Origin: Candidatus Rokuibacteriota bacterium
Lineage (GTDB): Bacteria > Methylomirabilota > Methylomirabilia > Rokubacteriales > CSP1-6
NCBI GenBank assembly: GCA_016200085.1
Contig: JACQFL010000048.1
Location: 15,350 to 79,349, forward strand
DNA length: 64,000 nt
Direction of reading: 5' to 3'
Below the pieces are notes generated by a model. The model was not told the DNA's origin. It was given only the letters and a program-made list of their open reading frames with translations, and ran no database searches. A program made the translations under genes and the position numbers. Below, one piece after another: positions 26,667-37,078 of this stretch. The first letter of the stretch is position 1; each line of letters starts with the position of its first letter.

Positions 26667-27995
26667 ATGACCAAGGACGAGTTGAAGGCGCGCGTGTACG
26701 AGGCCATCGACCGGCGGGCCCAGGAGATCGTCGGGCTCGGCGAGACCATCCGCAAGAATCCCGAGCTCGGCTTCAAGGAGGTCAAGACCGCCCGCCTGGT
26801 CGAGGAGACGTTCTCGAAACTCGGGCTGAGCCCCAAGGCCGGGCTCGCACTGACCGGCGTGCGCGCCGACGTGGCCGGGCGCGCCGGGGCCGGGCCGACG
26901 TTCGCGCTCCTCGGCGAGCTCGACGCCCTCGTCGTCGCGGGCCATCCCGTCGCCGACCCCGCCACGGGCGCCGCCCACGCCTGCGGCCACAACGCCCAGG
27001 TCGCGGGCCTCATCGGCGCCGCGATGGGCCTGCTCGACGCGAAGGCCTTCGACCTCCTTGCGGGACGCGTGGTCTTCTTCGCGGTGCCGGCGGAGGAGTA
27101 CGGGGACATCGAGTGGCGGGTGAGCCAGGCGCGCGCGGGGCGGCTCGAGTTCCTCGGCGGCAAGCCGGAGCTGCTGCGGCTCGGCCACTTCGACGACGTG
27201 GACCTCTCGATGATGATCCACCTGACCCCGCGGACCGAGGACGGCAAGGCGGGCGTGCCCCAGTCGAACAACGGCTGCATCGTGAAGACCATCCGCTACG
27301 TGGGGCGGGCCGCCCACGCCGGCGGCGCGCCCCACATGGGCATCAACGCCCTCTACGCCGCCAAGATCGGGCTCATGGCCGTCAACGCCATCCGCGAGAC
27401 CTTCAAGGACGAGGACACCATCCGCGTGCACCCGATCGTCACCCACGGCGGCTCGCAAGTGAACGTCATCCCCGGCGAGGCGCGCCTGGAGACGTACGTG
27501 CGCGGCCGCTCGGTGGAGGCCATCCTGGACGCCAACAAGAAGGTCGACCGCGCCTTCCGCGCCGGCGCGCTCGCGCTGGGCGCCAAGGTCGAGATCGAGA
27601 CCCTGCCGGGCTACATGCCGATGACGTGCGACGCCACGATGGCCGAGCACTTCAAGAAGAACGCGGCCACGCTCGTCGGCGCCGAGCACTACCGCCAGAT
27701 CGGCCACCGTACGGGCTCGACCGACATGGGCGATCTGAGCATGGTCATGCCCGTGCTGCATCCCTACATCGGCGGCGCCCGGGGCACCGGCCACGCCGCG
27801 GACTTCGAGATCGTCGACCAGCAGCTCGCCTACGTCACGCTGTCCAAGGCGCTGGCGGCGATGGCCGTCGACATGCTGGGCGACGGCGCGGCCGGCGCGA
27901 AGGACGTCATCGCCAAGGCCCGGCCGCCGATGACGCGCGAGCAGTACCTCACGTTCCAGCGCGGCATCGCCAAGCGCGAGGTTTACGAGGGGTGA
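26667..27995 (+). CDS. M20-family amidohydrolase (M20D aminoacylase/hippurate hydrolase-like)
   Basis: HACGHN metal-binding motif, 442 aa. Confidence 0.75.
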   Translation: MTKDELKARVYEAIDRRAQEIVGLGETIRKNPELGFKEVKTARLVEETFSKLGLSPKAGLALTGVRADVAGRAGAGPTFALLGELDALVVAGHPVADPATGAAHACGHNAQVAGLIGAAMGLLDAKAFDLLAGRVVFFAVPAEEYGDIEWRVSQARAGRLEFLGGKPELLRLGHFDDVDLSMMIHLTPRTEDGKAGVPQSNNGCIVKTIRYVGRAAHAGGAPHMGINALYAAKIGLMAVNAIRETFKDEDTIRVHPIVTHGGSQVNVIPGEARLETYVRGRSVEAILDANKKVDRAFRAGALALGAKVEIETLPGYMPMTCDATMAEHFKKNAATLVGAEHYRQIGHRTGSTDMGDLSMVMPVLHPYIGGARGTGHAADFEIVDQQLAYVTLSKALAAMAVDMLGDGAAGAKDVIAKARPPMTREQYLTFQRGIAKREVYEG

Positions 27996-28010
27996 TCCTC
28001 GGCGCGCGGC

Positions 28011-28172
28011 GACGGGGCCACGGGGGGTGGGGGGCAGGGGCCGACGAGACCACGTCGTACGCGCCCGCTACCCGATCGCGGCTGGGCTCCATCCCGGCGC
28101 CCGGGGTCCGTCGCCGGTCGGCGGGGTACGGGTCCTGCCGGCCCCTGTCTCCCACCCCCCGCGGCCCCGTCG
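28011..28172. repeat. About 160-bp intergenic element with imperfect 33-bp G-rich terminal inverted repeats (copy 2 of the family)
   Basis: gacggggccacggggggtggggggcaggggccgac ... cggcccctgtctcccaccccccgcggccccgtcg. Internal GTCGTACGCGCC. Confidence 0.5.
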
Positions 28173-28223
28173 GGCTCGGGCACCGGCATTCATTCGCTCC
28201 GACCTCGGACCCAGGACACGGGC

Positions 28224-29027
28224 GTGTACGGTAAGAGCGCGGCGGACTTTCCGCAGCGCGTCGTGTGCCTCACGTCCGAGACGGCGGAGATCGCGTATCT
28301 GCTCGGGGCGGGGGATCGCGTGGTCGGCGTGCCGGGCACGGCGCGGCGGCCGGAGGCCGTGCGCGAGAAGGCGAAGGTCGGCGGGTTCACCACGTTCCGG
28401 CTCGATCGCATCCTGGCGCTGGAGCCCGATCTCGTCCTCGCGTTCTCCGATCTCCAGAAGGACGTCGTGCGGGATCTCATCGGGGCGGGGGTGGCGGTGC
28501 TGTGCACCAACCAGCGCTCGTTCGACGAGGTGCTGGGCGCGATCCTGGTCATCGGCGGTGCGCTCGGCCTGCCCGACGAGGCGCGCGGGCTCGTGCAGGA
28601 CATGCGCGACGAGGTCAAGCAGATCCGCGAGTACTCGAGCGTGTGGCCGGACCGCCCACGCGTGTACTTCGAGGAGTGGCACGACCCGCTCATCGCGGGC
28701 ATTCGCTGGGTCTCGGATCTGATCGAGATGGCAGGGGGCGAGGACGTCTTCGCGGAGCTCCGCGCCCAGCCCCTCGCGGCCGGGCGTGTCGTCCAGCCCG
28801 ACGAGGTCGCCCGGCGTGACCCGCAGCTGATCCTCGCCTCGTGGTGCGGCAAGCCGGTCGACGTCGAGGCCATCAGGGGCCGGCCGGGCTGGAGCGAGGC
28901 GGCCGCGGTCAGGAGCGGCCAGATCCACGAGATCGACGGGGCCGACGTCCTCTCGCCCGGGCCGTCGCTGATGGTCGGCCTGCGCCGCATCCACGAGCTG
29001 ATCCAGGCCGTTCAGGCCGCCACCTGA
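28224..29027 (+). CDS. Periplasmic binding protein of the BtuF / iron-siderophore / cobalamin class (ABC SBP, helical-backbone type). No cognate permease or ATPase adjacent.
   Basis: RVVCLTSETAEIAYLLGAGDRVVGV... typical class III SBP. Confidence 0.7.
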   Translation: MYGKSAADFPQRVVCLTSETAEIAYLLGAGDRVVGVPGTARRPEAVREKAKVGGFTTFRLDRILALEPDLVLAFSDLQKDVVRDLIGAGVAVLCTNQRSFDEVLGAILVIGGALGLPDEARGLVQDMRDEVKQIREYSSVWPDRPRVYFEEWHDPLIAGIRWVSDLIEMAGGEDVFAELRAQPLAAGRVVQPDEVARRDPQLILASWCGKPVDVEAIRGRPGWSEAAAVRSGQIHEIDGADVLSPGPSLMVGLRRIHELIQAVQAAT

Positions 29028-29144
29028 GAGCCCCCGCCCGCTGGGCTCCCGGGCTAGAATGAAGGGGTCCTAAAAAGTTGGGTCGAGGGGGGCCTCCGGG
29101 CTAGGATCGGTCCCTCGTGACCCGTCCAAGGAGTCCGCTGATCC

Positions 29145-30590
29145 ATGGCTGATCTCGCTGTCGCCCGCCCCGAGCGCTTCTTCGCCGACCGGTTCAACGT
29201 GACGCCGTCCCTGATGGAGCGGCTGCTCGGTTCCTCGCTCCGCGGGCGCGTGGACGACGCCGACGTCTACCTCGAGTACCGTATCAACGAAGAGCTGGTA
29301 CTCGAGGAAGGAACAGTCAAAAAGGCCTCTCGGCACGTCAGCCAGGGCGCCGGGGTCCGGGCCCAGGCCGGCACCCGCACGGGCTACGCCCACACCGACG
29401 ACATCTCGATCGGGAACCTCGAGGAGGCCGCACGCCAGGCGCGTTCCATCGCCGATCAGTCGAGCGCCTCGGGGATCCTCGCCGTCCCCGGCCGGCGCCC
29501 GCACGACCTCTACGCGCTGGCCGAGCCGCCCATCGTCACGGAGCTCACCCGCAAGGTCGATCTGCTCCGGCGGGTGGACCGGGCCGCGCGCGAGGCCGAT
29601 CCGCGGGTCAAGCAGGTCATCGCCAGTATTGGCAGCGAGGACGTCGTGATGCTGATCGCCACCGCGGGCGGCTGGACGGTCGGGGACGTGCGCCCGCTGG
29701 CCCGGCTCAACGTCACGGTGATCGCCGAAGAGAACGGCAAGCGCGAGATCGGGTCGTACGGCGGCGGCGGCCGCGTGGCGTTCGACTTCTTCCTCGAGCA
29801 GGATCGCTGGAGGCGCTTCGCCACCGAGGCCGCGCGCCAGGCCACCCTCAAGCTCGGCGCGCTCGACGCGCCGGCCGGCACCATGACGGTGGTGCTCGGC
29901 CCGGGCTGGCCGGGGATCCTGCTCCACGAGGCGATCGGGCACGGCCTCGAGGGTGACTTCAACCGCAAGGGCGTGTCCGCCTTCGCCGGGCGCATGGGCC
30001 AGAAGGTCGCCTCCGAGCTGGTGACGGTGATCGACGACGGGACGATCCCGAACCGCCGCGGCTCGCTCAACGTCGACGACGAGGGCACGCCCACCGGGCG
30101 CACCGTGCTCATCGAGAAGGGCGTGCTCGTGGGCTACATGCAGGACAAGCTCAACGCCCGCCTCATGGGCGCGGCCCCGACGGGCAACGGCCGCCGCGAG
30201 TCGTACGCCTATCCGGCGATGCCGCGCATGACGAACACGTTCATGCTCGCGGGGGAGGATGACCCCGAGGACATCATCCGCTCGGTCAAGCACGGGCTCT
30301 ACGCGGTGACGTTCGGCGGCGGCCAGGTCGACATCACCAGCGGCAAGTTCGTGTTCTCGGCCACCGAGGCCTACCTGATCGACGACGGACGCATCGGCGC
30401 CCCGCTGAAAGGGGCCACGCTGATCGGCAACGGGCCCGACGCCCTGACGCGGGTGAGCCGCGTGGGGCGCGACCTCGCGCTCGACGAGGGCGTGGGCACG
30501 TGCGGCAAGGACGGGCAATCCGTGCCCGTGGGCGTGGGACTGCCGACGATCCGCATCGACGGCATGACGGTCGGCGGGAGCCAGGTGTGA
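29145..30590 (+). CDS. tldD: Metalloprotease TldD
   Basis: 481 aa, canonical TldD with HEAIGHGLE-type motif. Confidence 0.9.
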   Translation: MADLAVARPERFFADRFNVTPSLMERLLGSSLRGRVDDADVYLEYRINEELVLEEGTVKKASRHVSQGAGVRAQAGTRTGYAHTDDISIGNLEEAARQARSIADQSSASGILAVPGRRPHDLYALAEPPIVTELTRKVDLLRRVDRAAREADPRVKQVIASIGSEDVVMLIATAGGWTVGDVRPLARLNVTVIAEENGKREIGSYGGGGRVAFDFFLEQDRWRRFATEAARQATLKLGALDAPAGTMTVVLGPGWPGILLHEAIGHGLEGDFNRKGVSAFAGRMGQKVASELVTVIDDGTIPNRRGSLNVDDEGTPTGRTVLIEKGVLVGYMQDKLNARLMGAAPTGNGRRESYAYPAMPRMTNTFMLAGEDDPEDIIRSVKHGLYAVTFGGGQVDITSGKFVFSATEAYLIDDGRIGAPLKGATLIGNGPDALTRVSRVGRDLALDEGVGTCGKDGQSVPVGVGLPTIRIDGMTVGGSQV

Positions 30591-31945
30591 GCGGCGTCGA
30601 TCCCGGGCTGCTCGTCTCCGTCCTGCGGCGCGCGACGGCGCGCGGGGCCACGGCGGCCGACGGCTTCCTGGTGGAGGATCGCCACTTCAGCGCCATGGTG
30701 CGGCTGGGCGAGGTCGACACGGTGACCCACTCGCAGGACCAGCGGCTCTCGCTGCGCGTCTTCTACGGGCGCGCCACCGCGGCCGCCTCGAGCTCGGATC
30801 TGTCCCCCGCCTCGCTCGAGCGCGTGGTGGACGAGGCCACCGCGCTGGCCCGCATCACCGCCGAGGACGAGCACGCGGGCCTGCCGGACCCGGCCGAGGT
30901 GATCGAGCGCGTGCCGGACCTCGACCTCGAGGACCGCGAGGCGCCGGCGCTGTCGCCCGAGGAGAAGATCGACATCGCGCGGCGGGCCGAGGCGGCCGCG
31001 CTGGCCAGCGACCCGCGCATCAGCAACTCCGAGGGCGCGGAGTCCTTCGACCGGCGCTCGCACTACGTGTACGCCGCCGCGCACGGCTCGGGTCGCGTCT
31101 TCGCGGGCGACTACGCCACCACCTCCTTCGGCATCACCTGCTCGCCGGTGGCGGCGCAGGACGGCGAGATGCAGCGGGATTCCTGGTACTCGATGGCCCG
31201 CAAGCGCGCCGGGCTGGACGACCCGGCGTCGGTGGGGCGCACGGCGGCCGCGCGCGCGCTGCGCCGCCTGGGCGCGCGCAAGGTCAAGACCACCGAGGTG
31301 CCGGTGATCTTCGATCCCGAGAACGCGGCGAGCCTGCTCCGGTCGGTCGCGGCGGCGGCCAGCGGGCCGAGCCTGTACCGCCGCGCCTCGTTCCTCGTCG
31401 AGCGCCTCGGCCAGCGCATCGCCGCCTCCGGCGTCACCATCGTGGACGACGGCCTGCGCCCGGGGGCGCTCGGCTCACGGCCGTTCGACGGCGAGGGGCT
31501 CCCGACGCGCCGCACCGCGCTCGTCGAGGACGGCGTGCTGGTGACGTACCTGCTCGACACCTACAGCGCCCGCAAGCTCGGCCTGGCCTCGACCCACCAC
31601 GGCACCCGCGACGGCGCCGGGGTGACGGTGGGGACCACCAACCTCATGCTGCTGCCGGGCACGGCCTCGCCCGACGACCTCATCGCGTCGGTCGACAACG
31701 GCTTCTACGTCACCGAGCTGATCGGCTTCGGGGTCAACGGCGTCACCGGCGACTACTCTCGCGGCGCCGTCGGGCTGTGGATCGAGAACGGCAAGCTGGC
31801 GTACCCGGTCGAGGAGGTCACGGTGGCCGGCAACCTGCTGGAGATGCTCCTGGCCATCGACGGGGTCGCCAGCGACCTCGTGCTGCGCGACCGGACCGCG
31901 GCGCCAACGCTGAAGATCGCCAAGATGGTCGTCGCGGGAGCGTGA
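30587..31945 (+). CDS. pmbA: Metalloprotease PmbA/TldE
   Basis: GTG start overlapping the tldD stop (GTGA). Typical PmbA sequence. Confidence 0.85.
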   Translation: MSGVDPGLLVSVLRRATARGATAADGFLVEDRHFSAMVRLGEVDTVTHSQDQRLSLRVFYGRATAAASSSDLSPASLERVVDEATALARITAEDEHAGLPDPAEVIERVPDLDLEDREAPALSPEEKIDIARRAEAAALASDPRISNSEGAESFDRRSHYVYAAAHGSGRVFAGDYATTSFGITCSPVAAQDGEMQRDSWYSMARKRAGLDDPASVGRTAAARALRRLGARKVKTTEVPVIFDPENAASLLRSVAAAASGPSLYRRASFLVERLGQRIAASGVTIVDDGLRPGALGSRPFDGEGLPTRRTALVEDGVLVTYLLDTYSARKLGLASTHHGTRDGAGVTVGTTNLMLLPGTASPDDLIASVDNGFYVTELIGFGVNGVTGDYSRGAVGLWIENGKLAYPVEEVTVAGNLLEMLLAIDGVASDLVLRDRTAAPTLKIAKMVVAGA

Positions 31946-31977
31946 GCCTCGCTCCGGACAAGGAGACGTTGGGCGCG

Positions 31978-32763
31978 ATGGTGATCGACAGCCACTGTCA
32001 TTTGCACGACCCGGCCTTCGCGGACGTGCGCGAGACCGTGACGACCGCGCTGGCCCACGACGTCTGGGGCGTGGTGGCGGTCGGCTGCGATCCCGACAGC
32101 AACGAGACGACGCTGGCGCGCGCCGCCGCCCTCCCGAAGGCGATCTGGCCGTGTCTGGGGCTCCACCCGGACTGGGACAAGCTGGGCGACGCCGAGCTCG
32201 AGCGCGTCGAGGCGCAGCTGGCGCGATACCACGCGCGCATCGTCGCGCTGGGCGAGGTCGGGCTGCCGTGGTACTCGCTCGAGGGCGCCGCCGACGCCGC
32301 CGGTCGCATGGCGCGCGGCCTCGCCCGGCTCGAGCGCCTGCTCGCCCTCGCGGTTCGCTACGACCTGCCCGTGGTGCTGCACGCCCCGCACGGCGCCGCG
32401 GGAACGGCCCTCGAGGCGCTGCGGCGGCGCGGCGTCGAGCGCGCGGTCTTCCACTGGCACAAGGCCCCCGCCGCGATCACCGGCGCCATCGTGGAGGCCG
32501 GGTACCTGATCTCGGTGACGCCGGAAGTCGTGTACCGCGACCGCGATCGCGAGCTGGTCGAGGCGGTGCCGCTGGCCTCGCTCCTCGTCGAGAGCGACGC
32601 GCCGTGGCCGTACCGCGGGGAGTTCGAGGGGCGCCCGTCGGGCCCGTGGCTCGCGGCCCGGGCCGCGGAGGAGGTCGCGAAGATCAAGCGGCTGCCGGTG
32701 GACGACGTCATGCGCCAGCTCTGCGCGAACACGGTCAGCTTCTTCGACCTTCCCTGGCGGTAG
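31978..32763 (+). CDS. tatD: TatD-family metal-dependent DNase/hydrolase
   Basis: MVIDSHCHLHD... Confidence 0.8.
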   Translation: MVIDSHCHLHDPAFADVRETVTTALAHDVWGVVAVGCDPDSNETTLARAAALPKAIWPCLGLHPDWDKLGDAELERVEAQLARYHARIVALGEVGLPWYSLEGAADAAGRMARGLARLERLLALAVRYDLPVVLHAPHGAAGTALEALRRRGVERAVFHWHKAPAAITGAIVEAGYLISVTPEVVYRDRDRELVEAVPLASLLVESDAPWPYRGEFEGRPSGPWLAARAAEEVAKIKRLPVDDVMRQLCANTVSFFDLPWR

Positions 32764-32784
32764 ACCATAGAGGAACGTCGTCGC

Positions 32785-33474
32785 GTGGCGGTCCCAGGGA
32801 GCGAGCTGGCGCTCGTCCTGCACTTGCCCGAGGGAGGTGAGCGGGTGGCGTGCGTGGTGGCGTGCCACGGGCTGCGCGCATCCAAGGACAGCGAGAAGTA
32901 TCTCCTGCTCGCCAGCGAGCTGCCCGCGGCGGGCTTCGCGCTCGCGCGCTTCGACTTCCGCGGCTGCGGGGAGTCGAGCGGCCGCGAGGAGGACACCACG
33001 GTGGGCACGCGGGTCGAGGACGCGCGCGCGGTGCTGGCCGCGCTCCACGGCCATCCGCGGCTCGGCGGGCGGTTCGGGCTCCTGGGCTCGAGCATGGGCG
33101 GTTTCGTGGCCCTCTGCCTCGCCGCCGAGCGCGGGGACGGCCGGCCCGTGGTGACCTGGAACGCGCCCGCGAACTTCTCGGACCTGGCCGACCGGCCGAC
33201 GGTCGAGGGGGAGGGCCTCGGGGTGCCGTTCTTCGAGGAGCAGGCCGCCGGCCGCTACGGAGAGGCGCCGCACGGCGTCGCGGGGCACCTCGTGATCCAG
33301 GCCGAGGCCGACGACGTGGTTCCCCTGGAGCACGGCGTGCTGCTCCACGAGCGCGCCGCCGCGCCGTGCGACATCGTCATCGTGGCGGGCGCTGATCACC
33401 GGCTGAGCGACACGGTGCACCGTCGCGAGGCCGTGGCGCGCAGCCTCGAGTGGTTCAAGCGATACCTGGAGTGA
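32785..33474 (+). CDS. Alpha/beta hydrolase (dienelactone hydrolase / BAAT-like)
   Basis: GSSMGG nucleophile elbow. Confidence 0.65.
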   Translation: MAVPGSELALVLHLPEGGERVACVVACHGLRASKDSEKYLLLASELPAAGFALARFDFRGCGESSGREEDTTVGTRVEDARAVLAALHGHPRLGGRFGLLGSSMGGFVALCLAAERGDGRPVVTWNAPANFSDLADRPTVEGEGLGVPFFEEQAAGRYGEAPHGVAGHLVIQAEADDVVPLEHGVLLHERAAAPCDIVIVAGADHRLSDTVHRREAVARSLEWFKRYLE

Positions 33475-33502
33475 CGGCCGCGCCGCCGGCGAGGGACCGA
33501 GC

Positions 33503-34651
33503 ATGATCAACCGCGACCGTGTGACGGGCCAGTTCCTCGATCTCGTCCGCATCTCGAGCCCGTCGGGCCGGGAGGGCGAGGTGGCGCGCTATCTCGGGCC
33601 GGTGCTGAGGGACCTCGGCGCCAGCGTCGAGGTCGACGACGCGGGCGCGCAGGCCGGGAGCGACACGGGCAACGTGCTCGCCCGCATCCCGGCCACCGAC
33701 CCCAACGCGCCGCCCCTCTTCATCTGCGGCCACATGGACACCGTGGTGCCGTGCGAGCACGTGCGGCCGGTGGTGGAGGGCGACGTCGTCCGCACCGACG
33801 GCACCAGCGTGCTGGGCGGCGACGACAAGGCCGCCATCGTGGCGATCCTGGAGGCCGTGCGCGTGCTCGGCGAGCAGCGCATCGCCCACGGGGCGATCGA
33901 GCTCCTGTTCACGATCTGCGAGGAGAACGGCCTGCTCGGAGCCAAGGCCTTCGACGTCGGCCGCCTCACCGCGCGCACGGGCCTGGTGCTCGACTGCGAC
34001 GGCGTGGATGAGCTGATCACGCGGGCGCCGGCGACCAATCACATGCGCTTCATCGTGCATGGCCACGAGGCCCACGCCGGGATCGCGCCCGAGCAGGGGA
34101 TCAGCGCCATCAAGGTCGCCGCGGAGGCGGTCGCCGCCATGCGCCTCGGCCGCGTGGACGCCGAGACCAGCGCCAATCTCGGGCGGATCGAGGGCGGCCT
34201 GGCCACCAACATCGTGCCCAACCAGGTGACCCTTCGCGGCGAGGCCCGGAGCCTCACGGTCTCCGGCCTCGAGAAGCAGACCGAGCACATGACGGCCTGT
34301 TTCGAGGAGGCGGCGGCGCGCCATCGCGCGCGCATCGGCGCGCGCGAGTATCGGGCGCGCGTGGAGACCCAGGTGGTCCGCAGCTGCGAGCCGCTCGACG
34401 TGCCGGCCGATGCCCGCATCGTCCGCCTCCTCGCGCGGTCGGCGGCCGGGCTCGACCGCCCGTTCCGCACGCGATCCACGGGCGGCGGCTCGGACGCCAA
34501 CGTGTTCAGCCAGCGCGGGATCGAGATCGCCAACCTGGCCTGCGGGATGCGCGAGATCCACACCGTGCACGAGTGGGTCGACGTGCGCGACCTCGTCTCG
34601 ACCTCACGCCTGCTCGTGGAGGCCTGCCGGCTGAACGCGTCGGTTTCCTGA
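33503..34651 (+). CDS. M20-family peptidase (PepT/tripeptidase-like)
   Basis: HMDTV, GGDDKAAI, EENG motifs. Confidence 0.75.
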   Translation: MINRDRVTGQFLDLVRISSPSGREGEVARYLGPVLRDLGASVEVDDAGAQAGSDTGNVLARIPATDPNAPPLFICGHMDTVVPCEHVRPVVEGDVVRTDGTSVLGGDDKAAIVAILEAVRVLGEQRIAHGAIELLFTICEENGLLGAKAFDVGRLTARTGLVLDCDGVDELITRAPATNHMRFIVHGHEAHAGIAPEQGISAIKVAAEAVAAMRLGRVDAETSANLGRIEGGLATNIVPNQVTLRGEARSLTVSGLEKQTEHMTACFEEAAARHRARIGAREYRARVETQVVRSCEPLDVPADARIVRLLARSAAGLDRPFRTRSTGGGSDANVFSQRGIEIANLACGMREIHTVHEWVDVRDLVSTSRLLVEACRLNASVS

Positions 34652-34984
34652 AGCTGGGGGCTCCAGGCGTCCCCCGCTCCCCGGCGGCTCCCGCTCGCAC
34701 GACGAGCAGCGTGTGGTCGTCCTCAACCCGCCGCGGCGCTGGGCGAGACGGGCGTTCGCGCGTCGCGCTCGGAGTGGACCCGGTGGCGCTCGGAACGCGC
34801 GATTCCAGAGCGGTCGGATCCTCGAAATCGGCGCTCGGGGCGCGACTCCCATGGCCGGCCGTTCGGCATGCGGAATGTCATGGCGACGCGGAGATACACG
34901 GATATCCGGGATTTTCGATGGCCCGTCCCGGAACGCCGCGTCAGCGGGGTGACAATCGTCCGCCGGTTGTGTTACGAGTGAGCC

Positions 34985-36259
34985 GTGAGACGTCGTTTTC
35001 TGGCCAGCGCCGTTGCGGTCGTGACCGTGGTGGCGGTCGTGTGGGGCGGCATCGCCTGGTGGAAGTCCCGCTACACCGTCACGACCGACGACGCCTACGT
35101 CGACGGCACCCTGGCCCCCGTGAGCGCCAAGGTCTCGGGTCAGGTCGTCGAGCTCCTCGTCCGCGACAACCAGCAGGTCAAGGCCGGCCAGGTGCTCGTG
35201 CGCCTGGACTCGCGCGACTACCGCGCCAAGCTCGAGCAGGCGCGCGCCGCGGTCCTCATCGCCGAGCGGCGGCACCACGCCGCCATCGAGCGGGTGGGGC
35301 TCGGACGCGAACTGGCCGTCAGCCAGCGGACCCAGGCGCGCGCGGCGGCGATCCGCGCCGACGCGGCGCGCGTCTCGGCGGCGGCCCTGCTGGACTCCGC
35401 GCGCGCCACCGTGCACGCCCGCCGCGCGGCGCTCGCCTCGTTCAAGGCCGACCACGACCGCGCCATGGCGATGCGCGATCGCGCCACGCAGGACCTGGCG
35501 CGCGCGCGCGAGCTGTTCAAGAAGGAGCTGGTCGCCCGGGAGTTCGTCGACCACGCCGAGACCGACGCCCGCGCGGCGGAGGCCATGGTGACCTCGGCGG
35601 CCGAGCGCACGTCCCAGGCCCAGCGGGACCTCGAGTCGGCCGAGGCCGACGCGCGCACCCGCGAGCAGGGCTTCGATCCGCAGCAGCTCGGCACGCGCCT
35701 GGCCGAGGCGCGCATGGTCGACGCCAGCGCGGCGGACCTCAACGCGAAGGCGGTGCTCCAGGAAGTGAAGGTGCGCGAGGCCGAGCGCGATCTCGCCGAC
35801 GCGCAGTGGCGCGAGTCCCAGGCGGATCTCCAGCTCGCCACCCTGAACGTCGAGTACACCGAGCTGCGCTCGCCGATCGACGGCCTCGTCTCGAAGCGCA
35901 GCGTCGAGATCGGGCAGGTGGTGCAGCCGGGTCAGCCGCTGCTCGTGGTGGCGGCGCTGCACGATATCTGGATCACGGCCAACTTCAAGGAGACCCAGCT
36001 GCGCGGGGTGCGCGCGGGCATGCGCGCCGAGGTCTTCGTCGACACCTATCCCGATCGCCCCTGGCGCGGCGTCGTGGACTCGATCAGCGCGGGCACGGGC
36101 AGCCGGTTCTCGCTCCTGCCCGCGGAGAACGCGACGGGCAACTGGGTCAAGGTCGTGCAGCGCGTGCCGGTGAAGGTCGTCCTGGAGGAGACACCCTCCG
36201 GCAATCCGCACACCCTGCGCACCGGGATGTCCGCCGTGGTCACCATCCACTTCCGCTGA
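34985..36259 (+). CDS. HlyD/EmrA-family membrane fusion protein. Orphan: no pump partner adjacent.
   Basis: N-terminal TM segment, long coiled-coil, lipoyl and beta-barrel domains. Confidence 0.75.
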   Translation: MRRRFLASAVAVVTVVAVVWGGIAWWKSRYTVTTDDAYVDGTLAPVSAKVSGQVVELLVRDNQQVKAGQVLVRLDSRDYRAKLEQARAAVLIAERRHHAAIERVGLGRELAVSQRTQARAAAIRADAARVSAAALLDSARATVHARRAALASFKADHDRAMAMRDRATQDLARARELFKKELVAREFVDHAETDARAAEAMVTSAAERTSQAQRDLESAEADARTREQGFDPQQLGTRLAEARMVDASAADLNAKAVLQEVKVREAERDLADAQWRESQADLQLATLNVEYTELRSPIDGLVSKRSVEIGQVVQPGQPLLVVAALHDIWITANFKETQLRGVRAGMRAEVFVDTYPDRPWRGVVDSISAGTGSRFSLLPAENATGNWVKVVQRVPVKVVLEETPSGNPHTLRTGMSAVVTIHFR

Positions 36260-36292
36260 CGTCCGCCCGGCGGAAGGCGCGGCAGCGTGAGG

Positions 36293-37078
36293 TCAGCGGA
36301 GCGCGAACCAGAAGACGGCGGCGGCGACGAGCAAGCGGTAGACGACGAACGGGCGGAGCGAGCTGGATTTCAGGTACGCGATCAGGAACCAGACCGCGAA
36401 CCAGCCGGCCACGAACGCGCAGAGCACGGCGAGCGCGAGCGGGCCGCCGTCGCCCGGCCCGAGGCCCCCCCGCAGCAGGTGCAGGAGCTTCACGCCCCCC
36501 GCGCCCGCGGTGATGGGGATGCCGAGCAGGAACGCGAAGCGCGCCGCCGTCGCGCGATCCAGCCCCGTGAACAACCCCGCCGTGATGGTGATGCCGGAGC
36601 GCGACGTGCCCGGGACCAGCGCCAGGGCCTGGGCGACCCCGACGGTCAGCGCCTGGGCGGTCGAGACGCGCTCCAGCGGCTCCCGCGCCGCCGCCGGCGA
36701 TCGGGCGCCGCGGTCGGCGATCCACATCACGAGGGCCCAGAACGCCGTGGCCACGGCCACCACGAGCGCAGAGCGCAGGTGGGCCTCGATCCACTTGTCG
36801 AGCAGGAGACCCGCGAGCGCGCCGGGTATCGTGGCGAGCACGATGAGCGCCCCGACCCGGCGCGGGAGCGCGCCGGTGCCGAGCGCGAGCAGCTCCGCGC
36901 GGAAGTAGGCGAGCAGCGCGAGCAACGTGCCCAGGTGCATGGCGGCGTCGAAGGCGAGCCCTTGATCCGGCCAGCCGAAGAGGCGCGGCACCAGGATGAG
37001 GTGGCCGGACGACGACACGGGCAGGAACTCCGTGAGGCCCTGGACGATGCCCAGGACCAGCGCCTGGGTGTAGCTCAC
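36293..37078 (-). CDS. uppP: Undecaprenyl-diphosphate phosphatase UppP/BacA
   Basis: GLTEFLPVSSSGHL signature. Confidence 0.85.
   Translation of the reverse strand: MSYTQALVLGIVQGLTEFLPVSSSGHLILVPRLFGWPDQGLAFDAAMHLGTLLALLAYFRAELLALGTGALPRRVGALIVLATIPGALAGLLLDKWIEAHLRSALVVAVATAFWALVMWIADRGARSPAAAREPLERVSTAQALTVGVAQALALVPGTSRSGITITAGLFTGLDRATAARFAFLLGIPITAGAGGVKLLHLLRGGLGPGDGGPLALAVLCAFVAGWFAVWFLIAYLKSSSLRPFVVYRLLVAAAVFWFALR

Noticed and set aside
27996-28223. Possible cobalamin riboswitch upstream of the BtuF-like binding-protein gene
   Set aside because: There is no recognisable B12 box (GCCACUG) or the conserved core. The region is instead occupied by the inverted-repeat element.
34652-34984. 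330-bp intergenic region upstream of hlyD as a possible ncRNA or repeat copy
   Set aside because: No inverted repeats, GGTACGC core or riboswitch-like conservation were seen. It is probably just a promoter or leader.
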